Below are positions 1-9,008 of a DNA stretch of 64,000 nucleotides, piece by piece. Below the pieces are notes generated by a model. That model had not been told where the DNA came from. It worked only from the letters and a program-made list of their open reading frames with translations, and searched no databases. This DNA is from an uncultured Bacteroidales bacterium (lineage in GTDB: Bacteria > Bacteroidota > Bacteroidia > Bacteroidales > UBA1402), in contig OW818699.1 of assembly GCA_942493385.1 (NCBI GenBank), positions 1,981,550-2,045,549 on the forward strand, given 5' to 3'. Both the position numbers and the translations under genes were made by a program. The stretch's first letter is position 1. The number at the start of each line of letters is the position of its first letter.

Positions 1-2
1 GC

Positions 3-1307
3 CAAACTATTTTCAATGCCTGCGATTACGGTGCCGTTTCTGATACGACCGTACTCAGCACTGCTGCCGTCCAGAAAGCCATTGATGCCTGTGCTGCCAA
101 AGGCGGTGGCATCGTCACTTTTTCCAAAGGCAATTATTGCATCGGTTCCATTTTTCTGAAAAGTGGTGTCAACTTCAACATACCGGAAGGTGTTCAGCTT
201 TTCGGCAGCCAGGATTTGAACAATTATCCCATCATTGATACACGCGTTGCTGGTATTGAAATGAAATGGCCGGCAGCGTTGATTTCGACTATTGGGCAGA
301 AAAACGTGGAGATTTCTGGAAAAGGCAAGGTTTGGGGCCAAGGTAAAGTATTTTGGGAAAAATACTGGAGAATGCGTAAGGATTACGACAAACGTGACTT
401 GCGTTGGATCGTGGATTACGATTGCATGCGTCCGCGATTGGTCTTGATTCAGGATTGCCAGGATTTTACCATGACCGAGGCTGGTTTTTTTGAAGCTGGT
501 TTCTGGACCGTTCACATTTTATACAGTCAGTATGTGACCATCGACGGCATCCTTGTTAACAACAACAACGCCGGCAAGGGTCCCAGCACCGACGGCATCG
601 ATATTGATTCCTCCAACCGCATTCTGGTACAAAACTGCGACATCAGTTGCAACGACGACAATTTTTGCCTCAAGGCTGGCCGAGACGCTGATGGCCTGCG
701 TGTGAATCGTCCCACCGAATTCGTGGTTATTCGCAATTGCATTGCTCGTATGGGTGACGGTCTCTTTACCTGCGGAAGCGAAACATCGGGTGGCATCCGC
801 AATATTGTGGCCTATAACATGACCGCTTTAGGCACCAAGGTAGGGATGCGCTTCAAGTCTGCACTCAATCGGGGTGGTGTGGTTGAAAACGTGTACCTCT
901 CCAACTTCCGAATGCAAGACATTCGTGACCCCTTCCAGATCAACCTGAACTGGAATCCAGCCTACAGCTATTCCGAACTACCGAAGGGCTTTGTCTGGGA
1001 CAGCATTCCCGCACATTGGAAAGTCATGCTCACCAAAGTGGAACCCGCTTCGCTGGGCATTCCGATATTTCGCAATATTTGGTTCAACAACATACAAGCC
1101 AAGAACTGCAAAGTGGCCCTCATTTGTGAAGGTGTTGAAAAATCGCCTGTTGAAGGTTTTCACTTGACCAACGTGCACATCACCGGAGAGAATCCTGGTC
1201 GCATGTATTGGGCCAAGGACTGGAAGTTGAAAAATGTCTCCATCTCTGGTGAAAACGGGGAGCGAGTGGATGTAAAAAATACGGTCAACGTGCCGCTTTA
1301 TAAATAA
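3..1307 (+). CDS. Glycoside hydrolase family 28 (polygalacturonase/rhamnogalacturonase-like), 5'-truncated by the window edge
   Basis: The frame is open from position 3 (QTIFNACDYGAVSD...AVQKAIDACAAKGGGIVTFSKGNY), so the ORF track's start at 216 is internal. GH28 motifs STDGID, CNDDNFCLKAG, GSE and RFKS are present. Confidence 0.93.
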   Translation, partial: QTIFNACDYGAVSDTTVLSTAAVQKAIDACAAKGGGIVTFSKGNYCIGSIFLKSGVNFNIPEGVQLFGSQDLNNYPIIDTRVAGIEMKWPAALISTIGQKNVEISGKGKVWGQGKVFWEKYWRMRKDYDKRDLRWIVDYDCMRPRLVLIQDCQDFTMTEAGFFEAGFWTVHILYSQYVTIDGILVNNNNAGKGPSTDGIDIDSSNRILVQNCDISCNDDNFCLKAGRDADGLRVNRPTEFVVIRNCIARMGDGLFTCGSETSGGIRNIVAYNMTALGTKVGMRFKSALNRGGVVENVYLSNFRMQDIRDPFQINLNWNPAYSYSELPKGFVWDSIPAHWKVMLTKVEPASLGIPIFRNIWFNNIQAKNCKVALICEGVEKSPVEGFHLTNVHITGENPGRMYWAKDWKLKNVSISGENGERVDVKNTVNVPLYK

Positions 1308-1311
1308 TAGT

Positions 1312-3465
1312 ATGAAACGAGTACTTTTATTGCTCATTGTAGGCGTTGCTCTTTCGATGACGGTTTCGGCCGGTAAGAAAGCGTTGATAGACAGGCAAGC
1401 GCTGGTCAAAAGGCATACCATTCATATTTCCGCTTTTGACTCACTGGCATCTTTATCGGTGGGCAACGGCAATTTTGCATTTACGGTAGACGCAACCGGC
1501 TTGCAAAGTTTCCCCAACCGCTACAAAGACGGAGTACCTTTGGGTACGCAATCGCAATGGGGTTGGCACAGTTTTCCGAATACGGAGAATTACACACCCG
1601 AAGAAACGCTCAAGAATTACGATTTCCGCGGAAAGTTGGAACCTTATGCCGTACAATTCAATGAACCTGGCCGCCAACAAAGCGCTGCTGATTATTTCAG
1701 AGCAAATCCACATAGGCTGCATTTGGGTATTGTCGGTTTGGAAATGGTTTCACCGACAGGAAAATTGCTTCAACAAGAAAACCTATCCCAGATTTTTCAA
1801 TCGCTTGATATGTGGAACGGTTTGATTACCAGTTCGTTCCGTGCAGGTGAAAACATGGTGGAAGTGGAAACCTCCTGCCATCCATCCAAAGACCGGATTG
1901 CTGCTTCGGTGCGTTCAGCCTTGTTCAATACGGACCGGTTGTCAGTGAAATTCGATTTCCCGTATCCTACTGGAAAACATGCGGATAATGCCTGCGATTG
2001 GACCAAACCTTCCAGTCATTTGACAGAAATTTTTACCCAGGACATCCATTCGGTCGTTCTGAAAAGGACCCTTGACAGCGACACGTATTACGTTTGGATT
2101 CGCTGGAATGGGAAAGCATCGTTCACCGAAAAGGCGCCACATCAGTTTAGACTGACCACTCAGGACAGTGAACTGCGTTTTACTTGCGAATTCCTGCCCG
2201 AATTGCCCACTGTTTGCACGAGTGATCCTGAAAAACCCACGGATTTGGTACTTGAAGACCGAACAGCCAGCCAAAACAACTGGAATTCCTTCTGGAAAAG
2301 GGGAGGAGCCGTCGATTTCTCTGCCTGTACCGATCCACGCGCATTCGAATTGGAACGCCGGGTGGTCCTTTCTCAATACTTGATGGCCATCCAGTGTGCA
2401 GGAATGTATCCGCCGCAGGAATCCGGACTGACCTACAACACTTGGTTCGGCAAATTCCATCTGGAAATGCATTGGTGGCATGCCGCACATTTCGCACTTT
2501 GGGGCAGACCCGATTTGATGGAGCGCAGCTTGAGTTGGTACAAACAGGTGGAACCCAAGGCCGCAGCAATTGCCAAACGACAGGGGTTCAATGGTATACG
2601 ATGGATGAAAATGACTGATCCTTCCGGAACTGAAGCACCTTCCAAGGTCGGTTCCTTCCTCATTTGGCAACAACCGCATTACATTTACTTAGCTGAACTC
2701 TTGTATCGAAGCCACCCGGATACAGCCACTTTGAATGCATATAAAGAACTGGTATTCAAGACGGCAGATTTCATAGCCAGCTTTGCCGATTACGACGGCA
2801 TGGAAGACCGTTACGTGCTGAAAGGTGCCATTCCTGCACAGGAAACGTTGAAGGCTTCAGAAACGGTGAATTCACCCTTTGAATTGCAATACTGGTACTT
2901 TGGATTGAAAACCGCACAGCAATGGCGGACGCGACTGGGTATGCAGAAGAACATGAAGTGGGAAATTATTTTGGACAAGCTTTCGCCTCTGGCTCATCAG
3001 GAAGGAAAATATTTGGCTGCCGAAACCGCAACGGACACCTATTTGGACACCCGTTTCACTTCCGACCACATGGCTGTTTTGGGTGCTTTGGGCATTATGC
3101 CAGCTTCCAGACTGGTTCGTCCGGACATCATGACCAAGACCTTCGACTGGATTTGGACCAATTGGAACTGGGGCAAAACCTGGGGTTGGGACTACCCGAT
3201 GACGGCTATGAGTGCCGCCCGACTGGGACTTGCAGAAAAGGCCGTAGGCGCTTTGCTCATGGACAAACGGACCAATACGTATTTGGTGAACGGTCACAAT
3301 TACCAAGACGAACGACTTCGGATCTATTTGCCTGGAAATGGTGGATTACTCACCGCGGTCGCCATGATGGCTGCTGGTTGGGACGGAAGCAAGGGAGTCA
3401 ATCCGGGTTTTCCTAAAAACGGAAAGTGGAAAGTTCGTTGGGAAGGATTGCAGCCGATGCCCTGA
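1312..3465 (+). CDS. Secreted six-hairpin (alpha/alpha)6 glycosidase-like protein (GH65/GH95-like fold, specificity unknown)
   Basis: Signal peptide; N-terminal IDRQALVKRH...LSVGNGNFAFTVDATGLQ; Trp/His-rich core (WFGKFHLEMHWWH, WGWDYP, YLPGNGGLL). It starts 4 nt after the GH28 stop. Confidence 0.7.
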   Translation: MKRVLLLLIVGVALSMTVSAGKKALIDRQALVKRHTIHISAFDSLASLSVGNGNFAFTVDATGLQSFPNRYKDGVPLGTQSQWGWHSFPNTENYTPEETLKNYDFRGKLEPYAVQFNEPGRQQSAADYFRANPHRLHLGIVGLEMVSPTGKLLQQENLSQIFQSLDMWNGLITSSFRAGENMVEVETSCHPSKDRIAASVRSALFNTDRLSVKFDFPYPTGKHADNACDWTKPSSHLTEIFTQDIHSVVLKRTLDSDTYYVWIRWNGKASFTEKAPHQFRLTTQDSELRFTCEFLPELPTVCTSDPEKPTDLVLEDRTASQNNWNSFWKRGGAVDFSACTDPRAFELERRVVLSQYLMAIQCAGMYPPQESGLTYNTWFGKFHLEMHWWHAAHFALWGRPDLMERSLSWYKQVEPKAAAIAKRQGFNGIRWMKMTDPSGTEAPSKVGSFLIWQQPHYIYLAELLYRSHPDTATLNAYKELVFKTADFIASFADYDGMEDRYVLKGAIPAQETLKASETVNSPFELQYWYFGLKTAQQWRTRLGMQKNMKWEIILDKLSPLAHQEGKYLAAETATDTYLDTRFTSDHMAVLGALGIMPASRLVRPDIMTKTFDWIWTNWNWGKTWGWDYPMTAMSAARLGLAEKAVGALLMDKRTNTYLVNGHNYQDERLRIYLPGNGGLLTAVAMMAAGWDGSKGVNPGFPKNGKWKVRWEGLQPMP

Positions 3466-3486
3466 ACATTTTAAACAATGATTTTG

Positions 3487-3494
3487 TATATTTG
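3487..3494 (+). promoter_or_regulatory. Bacteroidetes sigma-70 -7 element (TATATTTG) upstream of the tandem secreted proteins
   Basis: Matches TAnnTTTG in an AT-rich gap, 27 nt before the ATG at 3522. Confidence 0.6.
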
Positions 3495-3521
3495 ACTTGA
3501 TCTTATTTAATACCTGATTGT

Positions 3522-6119
3522 ATGAAAAAAATTGCCTCAATATTCTTTTTAACCTTGTTGGTCTCCTTATCTTGTTTACAAGCAAAAACTGTTTGGGATT
3601 TTGCTGGTAAGGGATTTAGTGCAGCAACCATTGCGAATCTGACTGCTGACAACACGCGCTGGACGGTAAGCTCTGCCAGTCGCATTGTCAATGCTGTGAC
3701 GATGTCGGGTGAACTAACTGCGAACAGTCAGATCATACCGGAGACTGCAGGGATAAAATTTGCTTCGACAGCAAGTGGTAGAATCAATATTGACCATGTC
3801 TACACGCCTCCCCGTCTAAACTTGTCCAGTGCTGGTGTCACATTCACACTTCAGGGATTGTATTCTGGTCATAAAATTACGATTGTTACCATGACCGCCA
3901 ATACTTCTTCTGCTCGTGGTATCAACTGTTCGACCAACAATGCCACCCGGATTTCCGGAGATGCGACTTCTTTGCTTGAAAATATAAATGTGTTTACAGT
4001 CAATGCCACTGTTATTGAACCAAGCGATGTCTCCTTTATAACCACCGTTGGTGGTGTTCACATCCGTTCCATCACCGTGGAAGGCAATGAAGTCATCAAT
4101 CCGGACGCGGCAGTCAATATTGCCTATCTGTTTGATTCGTCCTATCCTGGAAATACGGTTGTTGGAACTGAAAACGACAACATCCTCCAACAGGGTCTCA
4201 TGCAAAAAAATGTCTATCCGATCGATTTGAAGAATTTTACCAACGACACTGCAAAAGTTTTCATAGACTCCCTGAAAGCGCTTGAAAAATACAATGTAGT
4301 CGTGGTCAGCGAAGCCATTTCCGACACACATCCGTTCGGATTGAAACTTCAGAATTTGGTCAACAGGGTTCCGATGTTGAATCTGAAGGCCTCCTTCTAC
4401 AACAGCAACTCGTGGAATTGGGGTTCTTGTAAGAATCCGAGCGATGTTTCATTGGGACAAAACGGTATACCTAAACTCCAGGTCAATGATGCTTTCATCA
4501 AACACCCAGCGTTCGAAACCTTAGATCTATCGGAAGGTTTGACTTTGTACAACGGCACAGTTTTGAACAAAAACCTGGTTCAGGGTTATACGTTGAACGA
4601 GGGTAGTATTTATGCAGCGGACAGTCTGTTGGCAAACGTCGTAAATGGCACCGATACCATCAAGGCCATCCACAAACACGGAACAACCAATTCTTACATG
4701 TTGATTCCGCTAAGCAGTGATGCTGCGTCAACGATGAATGAAAGTGCTGTTGTGTTGGTTTACAATACAGCCATTCATTTGGCAACGACCAAGACCGAAG
4801 TAGTTCCAGCACTCAAACCTAGCATCTCACAGGAATATTTCGACGGTTATACGCTGGTGTCGTTGACTACGGGTACGCCCGGTGCAGTGATCCATTACAC
4901 CTTGGACGGTACCATACCTACTGCAGCCAGTTCCGTCTATTCGTTTAAGCTCCAAATGGTTGACACGTTGACAGTCAAGGCAATTGCGCTGAAGCAGGGC
5001 TTTGATGATAGTCCAGTCGCCAGTTTGAAGCTGAGCATCAAAACCAAATTGAGCACACCGGTTATTTCGATCGTTTCGGCTGAAACAAGTAAAACTGTTA
5101 CCTTGACTGGTGGTGAAGGCTCGTTGTATTACACAACCAACGGTGGTACACCGACTGCCACTTCCACACTTTACACCACACCTTTTACGGTTAATAGACC
5201 TTGTACCGTCAAGGTTGTTGCCATCTTAGCCAATCGGTTGAATTCAGATATTGCAACGGAAAAGGTGAGCATCAGCGGGTATACTGAACGCAACAAAACC
5301 ATCCTATGGGCCAATTTCAATGACAAGCCTGCTGTCACAGATTCCATTAAATCATGGAGATGGGCAAACACGGACTCGACCTATCTTGTTAGTGGCGATG
5401 TGATTGCCAAATACGCTTACTTGGTTCCTACCGAAGCTGATCCCAACTTGAAACCCATACGTAAGACAGTCACGTTCCAAAACGGATTCGTTGCTGGTTC
5501 ACTTGGACAGCGAATCAACCTGCAGACCACAGGAGTGGCCACATCGGGCAATTACAGCCCTGAAACAGAAGGTGATGCAGGTGCATCCTCTTATGCCATG
5601 TCCTTTTTGACAACCAATGCAGCTGCAGATCCGACTTCGGCCTATATCGTTACCCCTGACAAGCAAGCTGGTCCTTTCGATGTGACCGTATGGTTTACCG
5701 GTGCCAAAGGTGCAGTGACGTATATCGAAAAACTTCAGGTGTCTGTTTCACCGACAAACGATTCGTTGGCAACTTGGACAGTACTAGATACGCTGACCAC
5801 ACTGGGCGACAAGCTGATACGCAAACGTATCGCTTATTACGACAATGCGGCTCCGGTTTATGTAAAACTGGCCAGTGTGACCAACTTGGGCACCAACAGC
5901 AACATGATGATCTTTGATGTCAAGCTGATGGGCGAAGGCGAAGAGCCGGTTGTTGCCCTTACAAAACCAACCGTAACTGAAAAAGTAGTGGTTTCCAGAA
6001 GAATCTATACGTTATCGGGCATGGAAGTGAAAAGTCCTGTCATGGGATTGAACCTGATCAGAACCATCTACTCGGACGGCTCGTCAAAAGTGGAGAAAGT
6101 GATGTACCGTTTTAATTGA
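3522..6119 (+). CDS. Secreted multidomain protein P1: N-terminal beta domain, one ~230-aa alpha/beta module, two Fn3-associated/chitobiase-like domains, a conserved beta-sandwich domain and a putative T9SS C-terminal domain
   Basis: Signal peptide; IHYTLDGTIPTAASSVY and LYYTTNGGTPTATSTLY are Fn3_assoc-type motifs; the tail IYTLSGMEVKSPVMGLNLIRTIYSDGSSKVEKV is CTD-like; clearly paralogous to 6152-8911. Confidence 0.8.
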   Translation: MKKIASIFFLTLLVSLSCLQAKTVWDFAGKGFSAATIANLTADNTRWTVSSASRIVNAVTMSGELTANSQIIPETAGIKFASTASGRINIDHVYTPPRLNLSSAGVTFTLQGLYSGHKITIVTMTANTSSARGINCSTNNATRISGDATSLLENINVFTVNATVIEPSDVSFITTVGGVHIRSITVEGNEVINPDAAVNIAYLFDSSYPGNTVVGTENDNILQQGLMQKNVYPIDLKNFTNDTAKVFIDSLKALEKYNVVVVSEAISDTHPFGLKLQNLVNRVPMLNLKASFYNSNSWNWGSCKNPSDVSLGQNGIPKLQVNDAFIKHPAFETLDLSEGLTLYNGTVLNKNLVQGYTLNEGSIYAADSLLANVVNGTDTIKAIHKHGTTNSYMLIPLSSDAASTMNESAVVLVYNTAIHLATTKTEVVPALKPSISQEYFDGYTLVSLTTGTPGAVIHYTLDGTIPTAASSVYSFKLQMVDTLTVKAIALKQGFDDSPVASLKLSIKTKLSTPVISIVSAETSKTVTLTGGEGSLYYTTNGGTPTATSTLYTTPFTVNRPCTVKVVAILANRLNSDIATEKVSISGYTERNKTILWANFNDKPAVTDSIKSWRWANTDSTYLVSGDVIAKYAYLVPTEADPNLKPIRKTVTFQNGFVAGSLGQRINLQTTGVATSGNYSPETEGDAGASSYAMSFLTTNAAADPTSAYIVTPDKQAGPFDVTVWFTGAKGAVTYIEKLQVSVSPTNDSLATWTVLDTLTTLGDKLIRKRIAYYDNAAPVYVKLASVTNLGTNSNMMIFDVKLMGEGEEPVVALTKPTVTEKVVVSRRIYTLSGMEVKSPVMGLNLIRTIYSDGSSKVEKVMYRFN

Positions 6120-6151
6120 ATTCCTTAAATACCTAATTAATAATTACACCT

Positions 6152-8911
6152 ATGAAAAAAAATGTTCTACTCTTTGCAGTTGCTCTGCTCTGTTCTGTGA
6201 CGTTGTTCGCAGTACCGAAGAAGGTGGCCTTTGTTTATCAGGCAGCTTATAATCCAAGCAGGTATGCCTGGGGTGCTGCTGGTTATGACCCCACATTGGA
6301 TCCCATCCACATCGCGTTGGTTTCGAATACCAATTTTGAGGTGACGGATTTTGTGTATCCCACTTCTACAACCATTCCTGACACCACTTTGTTGAAAACC
6401 TTTGATTTGGTGATCAGTTCAGAAGCGATGTCTGGTGGTGCGGCATTAAGCAATACCATGCAGTACTTGGTAGGGAAAGTGCCCATGCTTAATTTCAAAG
6501 CCTATGCCTATACCAGTGGTCGTTGGAGTTGGGCTGCTCCTACCAATCCTGCCATTAAGAATACTGCCGTTCGGATCAATCCGGGTTTTGAAACACATCC
6601 GATTTTTAAAGATGTGGTTGTTACGAACGATACTGTTCAGATTTTCTCGGGATCGACCATTGCTTCGAATCTTTTGCAAGGTTTTGGGGCGCCATTGGCT
6701 GGAAGTAAGATCGAGGTTGACAACATTATTGCCAACCTTTCCACAGCGGCAACTTCGGCCATCCATGAGATTAAAGGTTTGGATAAGAAATACATGTTGA
6801 TTCCAATGTCCAGTGATTTTTGCAATACCGTTTCGCCTAACGGTGTCAAACTGGTGATAAACGCTTGCAATTACCTGATGGGTGCAACGGGTGGTTTTGA
6901 CCCCGCAGCCGATTTCAAGATCGCTTACCTCTATGATTCAACCTATTCAGGCTATTGCGGTATCGCCAACGACCCCATCTTCAACAATACCGTCATTGCC
7001 GAAAAGATAAGCACAGCCATCAATATTTCAGGCTTTACCACTGCCAGTACCGATACTTTGGCTGCATTGGAAAAATTTGATCTTGTAGTGGTTTCAGAAG
7101 CCATGGGTAGCGGACATGCCTTTGCCAAAATGATGCTGGGCCTTGTCAATCGTGTTCCAATGCTGAACCTCAAATCGTTTTTATATAAAAGTACGGTATG
7201 GAACTGGGGTGCTGGTGTGAATCCAACTACTCCCGCCACTGTCGGTGGTATCGACAAAATCAAAATTGATACGGCATCGTTCGCTCATGACCTGTTCAAA
7301 GATGTTGAAATAGTCGATACATGCATCACTATTTTCAAGAATTCAGTCGGCATAGTTAAGAATCTGGTTCAAGGCTATACGGCAACTGCCGGTGGAATGA
7401 TCGCTGCTGATAAGGTTTTTGCAACTGTTAAGGGTACAACAGCCACTTACAATGCCATCCACGAACATGGTACCAACAACAAATATATGTTGATCCCCAT
7501 TTCCAGTGATGCCATGTATGTAAGTGATGCCATCAATTTGACAGATGGAGCCCTGCAAATGGTCAACAATGCGGTCTATTATCTCATTCAGAGCAAGAGT
7601 TCCGTATTGCCTGCACAAAAACCGACATTCACGTTGATTTACAAGGATGCATTGACCAAGGTTGTCATTAAAACGGTTACTCCTGAGGGCAAAATTTATT
7701 ACACGACCAACGGTGCACTTCCAACGACAGCAAGTACGCTATATGCCGATACACTTTCCCTTACCGCTAGTTGCACCCTTAAAGCGTTGACAGCCAAGCA
7801 AGGTTACAACAACAGCCCTGTTGATTCAGTCGTTGTAGTTGTGAAAACACTGGCTACTACTCCAACCATCGGAGTTGCTGCAGCAGAAGTTGGCAAAACG
7901 GTAACCATTTCTGGTGCTGAAGGATCAACCATTTATTATACCACCACTGGTGCTACACCGGCTGCTGCCACTGCAACACTTTACAGCGGTCCGTTTGTCG
8001 TAAAACGTCCTTGTGTGGTTAAAGCCATGGCCACGATGACCGATAAACTGAACTCTGAAATCGCTTCGCAAAGTGTAACCATCGATGGATATGTCGCTCG
8101 TGAAAAAGTGCTGGCATGGGCTAATTTCAGCACTCAACCCACCACTTGGGTATGGGCAAATACGGATACGACGACCATCAGTAGCGGTGATGTCATTGCC
8201 AAATATGCCTACACACCTCCGACTGAACTTGATCCAACTTTGAAACCTACACACAAGAAAGTGGATTTCAAAAACGGATTCATGGTAGGGACTCTTGGTC
8301 AACGTATCAACCTTCAAACAACGGCTACTGCCACAACAGGCAACTACAGTCCTCTTACAGATGGTGATGCAGGTGCCACCGAGCGTGCCATATCGTTCCT
8401 GACAACCAATAATGCAGCAGATCCTACTACTGCGTATTTGGCCACTACCTCCACCTATGCAGGTCCGTTTGATGTCGTTGTATGGTTCACAGGAGCTAAA
8501 GCTGCAACCTGGACCGAAAAACTGGAAGTCTCTGTTTCACCGACCAACGATTCAACCTCCACTTGGACGGTATTGGATACCTTGGTTTCCATTGGTGACA
8601 AGTATATTCGCAAACGCATTGCTTATTACGACGCTACAACACCGGTTTATGTCAAACTTGCAAGTGCTTCGCAATTGAACACCAACAGCAACATGATGAT
8701 TTTTGACATGAAACTTGTGGGCGAAGGTCCTGCGGTTTCCATCAAGAATACGCTCAATACCAATAAGACCGTCGTTTCGAAACGCATCTATACCCTTTCT
8801 GGTATGGAAGTGAAACGTCCAGTAGTCGGTTTGAACCTTGTTCGGACCATTTATTCGGATGGTTCATCGAAAGTTGAGAAAATAATGCTCAAAGAGAATT
8901 TTGCTTATTGA
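6152..8911 (+). CDS. Secreted multidomain protein P2: two tandem ~230-aa alpha/beta modules, two Fn3-associated domains, a conserved beta-sandwich domain and a putative T9SS CTD
   Basis: Signal peptide; internal repeat (FDLVISSEAM..LVGKVPMLNFK..YMLIPMSSD versus FDLVVVSEAM..LVNRVPMLNLK..YMLIPISSD); the C-terminal half aligns residue by residue with P1. Confidence 0.8.
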   Translation: MKKNVLLFAVALLCSVTLFAVPKKVAFVYQAAYNPSRYAWGAAGYDPTLDPIHIALVSNTNFEVTDFVYPTSTTIPDTTLLKTFDLVISSEAMSGGAALSNTMQYLVGKVPMLNFKAYAYTSGRWSWAAPTNPAIKNTAVRINPGFETHPIFKDVVVTNDTVQIFSGSTIASNLLQGFGAPLAGSKIEVDNIIANLSTAATSAIHEIKGLDKKYMLIPMSSDFCNTVSPNGVKLVINACNYLMGATGGFDPAADFKIAYLYDSTYSGYCGIANDPIFNNTVIAEKISTAINISGFTTASTDTLAALEKFDLVVVSEAMGSGHAFAKMMLGLVNRVPMLNLKSFLYKSTVWNWGAGVNPTTPATVGGIDKIKIDTASFAHDLFKDVEIVDTCITIFKNSVGIVKNLVQGYTATAGGMIAADKVFATVKGTTATYNAIHEHGTNNKYMLIPISSDAMYVSDAINLTDGALQMVNNAVYYLIQSKSSVLPAQKPTFTLIYKDALTKVVIKTVTPEGKIYYTTNGALPTTASTLYADTLSLTASCTLKALTAKQGYNNSPVDSVVVVVKTLATTPTIGVAAAEVGKTVTISGAEGSTIYYTTTGATPAAATATLYSGPFVVKRPCVVKAMATMTDKLNSEIASQSVTIDGYVAREKVLAWANFSTQPTTWVWANTDTTTISSGDVIAKYAYTPPTELDPTLKPTHKKVDFKNGFMVGTLGQRINLQTTATATTGNYSPLTDGDAGATERAISFLTTNNAADPTTAYLATTSTYAGPFDVVVWFTGAKAATWTEKLEVSVSPTNDSTSTWTVLDTLVSIGDKYIRKRIAYYDATTPVYVKLASASQLNTNSNMMIFDMKLVGEGPAVSIKNTLNTNKTVVSKRIYTLSGMEVKRPVVGLNLVRTIYSDGSSKVEKIMLKENFAY

Positions 8912-8921
8912 TTTATTTTAA

Positions 8922-8966
8922 ATAGATGCACTCGATTGCTTTTGTAAAGTGATTGAGTGCATCTAT
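8922..8966 (+). terminator. Intra-operon stem-loop (partial terminator or RNA stability/processing element)
   Basis: ATAGATGCACTC (8922-8933) and GAGTGCATCTAT (8955-8966) form a perfect 12-bp stem that extends inward with G-U pairs; the U-tail is weak. Confidence 0.6.
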
Positions 8967-9008
8967 ATTCTGTTGAAAGACAATTCGAAATTTAATATAC
9001 AGATGATT

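Noticed and set aside
216-1307. Apparent N-terminally truncated or pseudogene GH28 starting at 216
   Set aside because: The same frame is open back to position 3 with normal GH28 N-terminal sequence; the gene simply runs off the window.
3522-8911. P1/P2 as classical cellulosome scaffoldins (cohesin/dockerin)
   Set aside because: I saw no dockerin Ca-binding duplicated repeat or recognisable cohesin; the repeats look alpha/beta. A scaffold role remains only a hypothesis.
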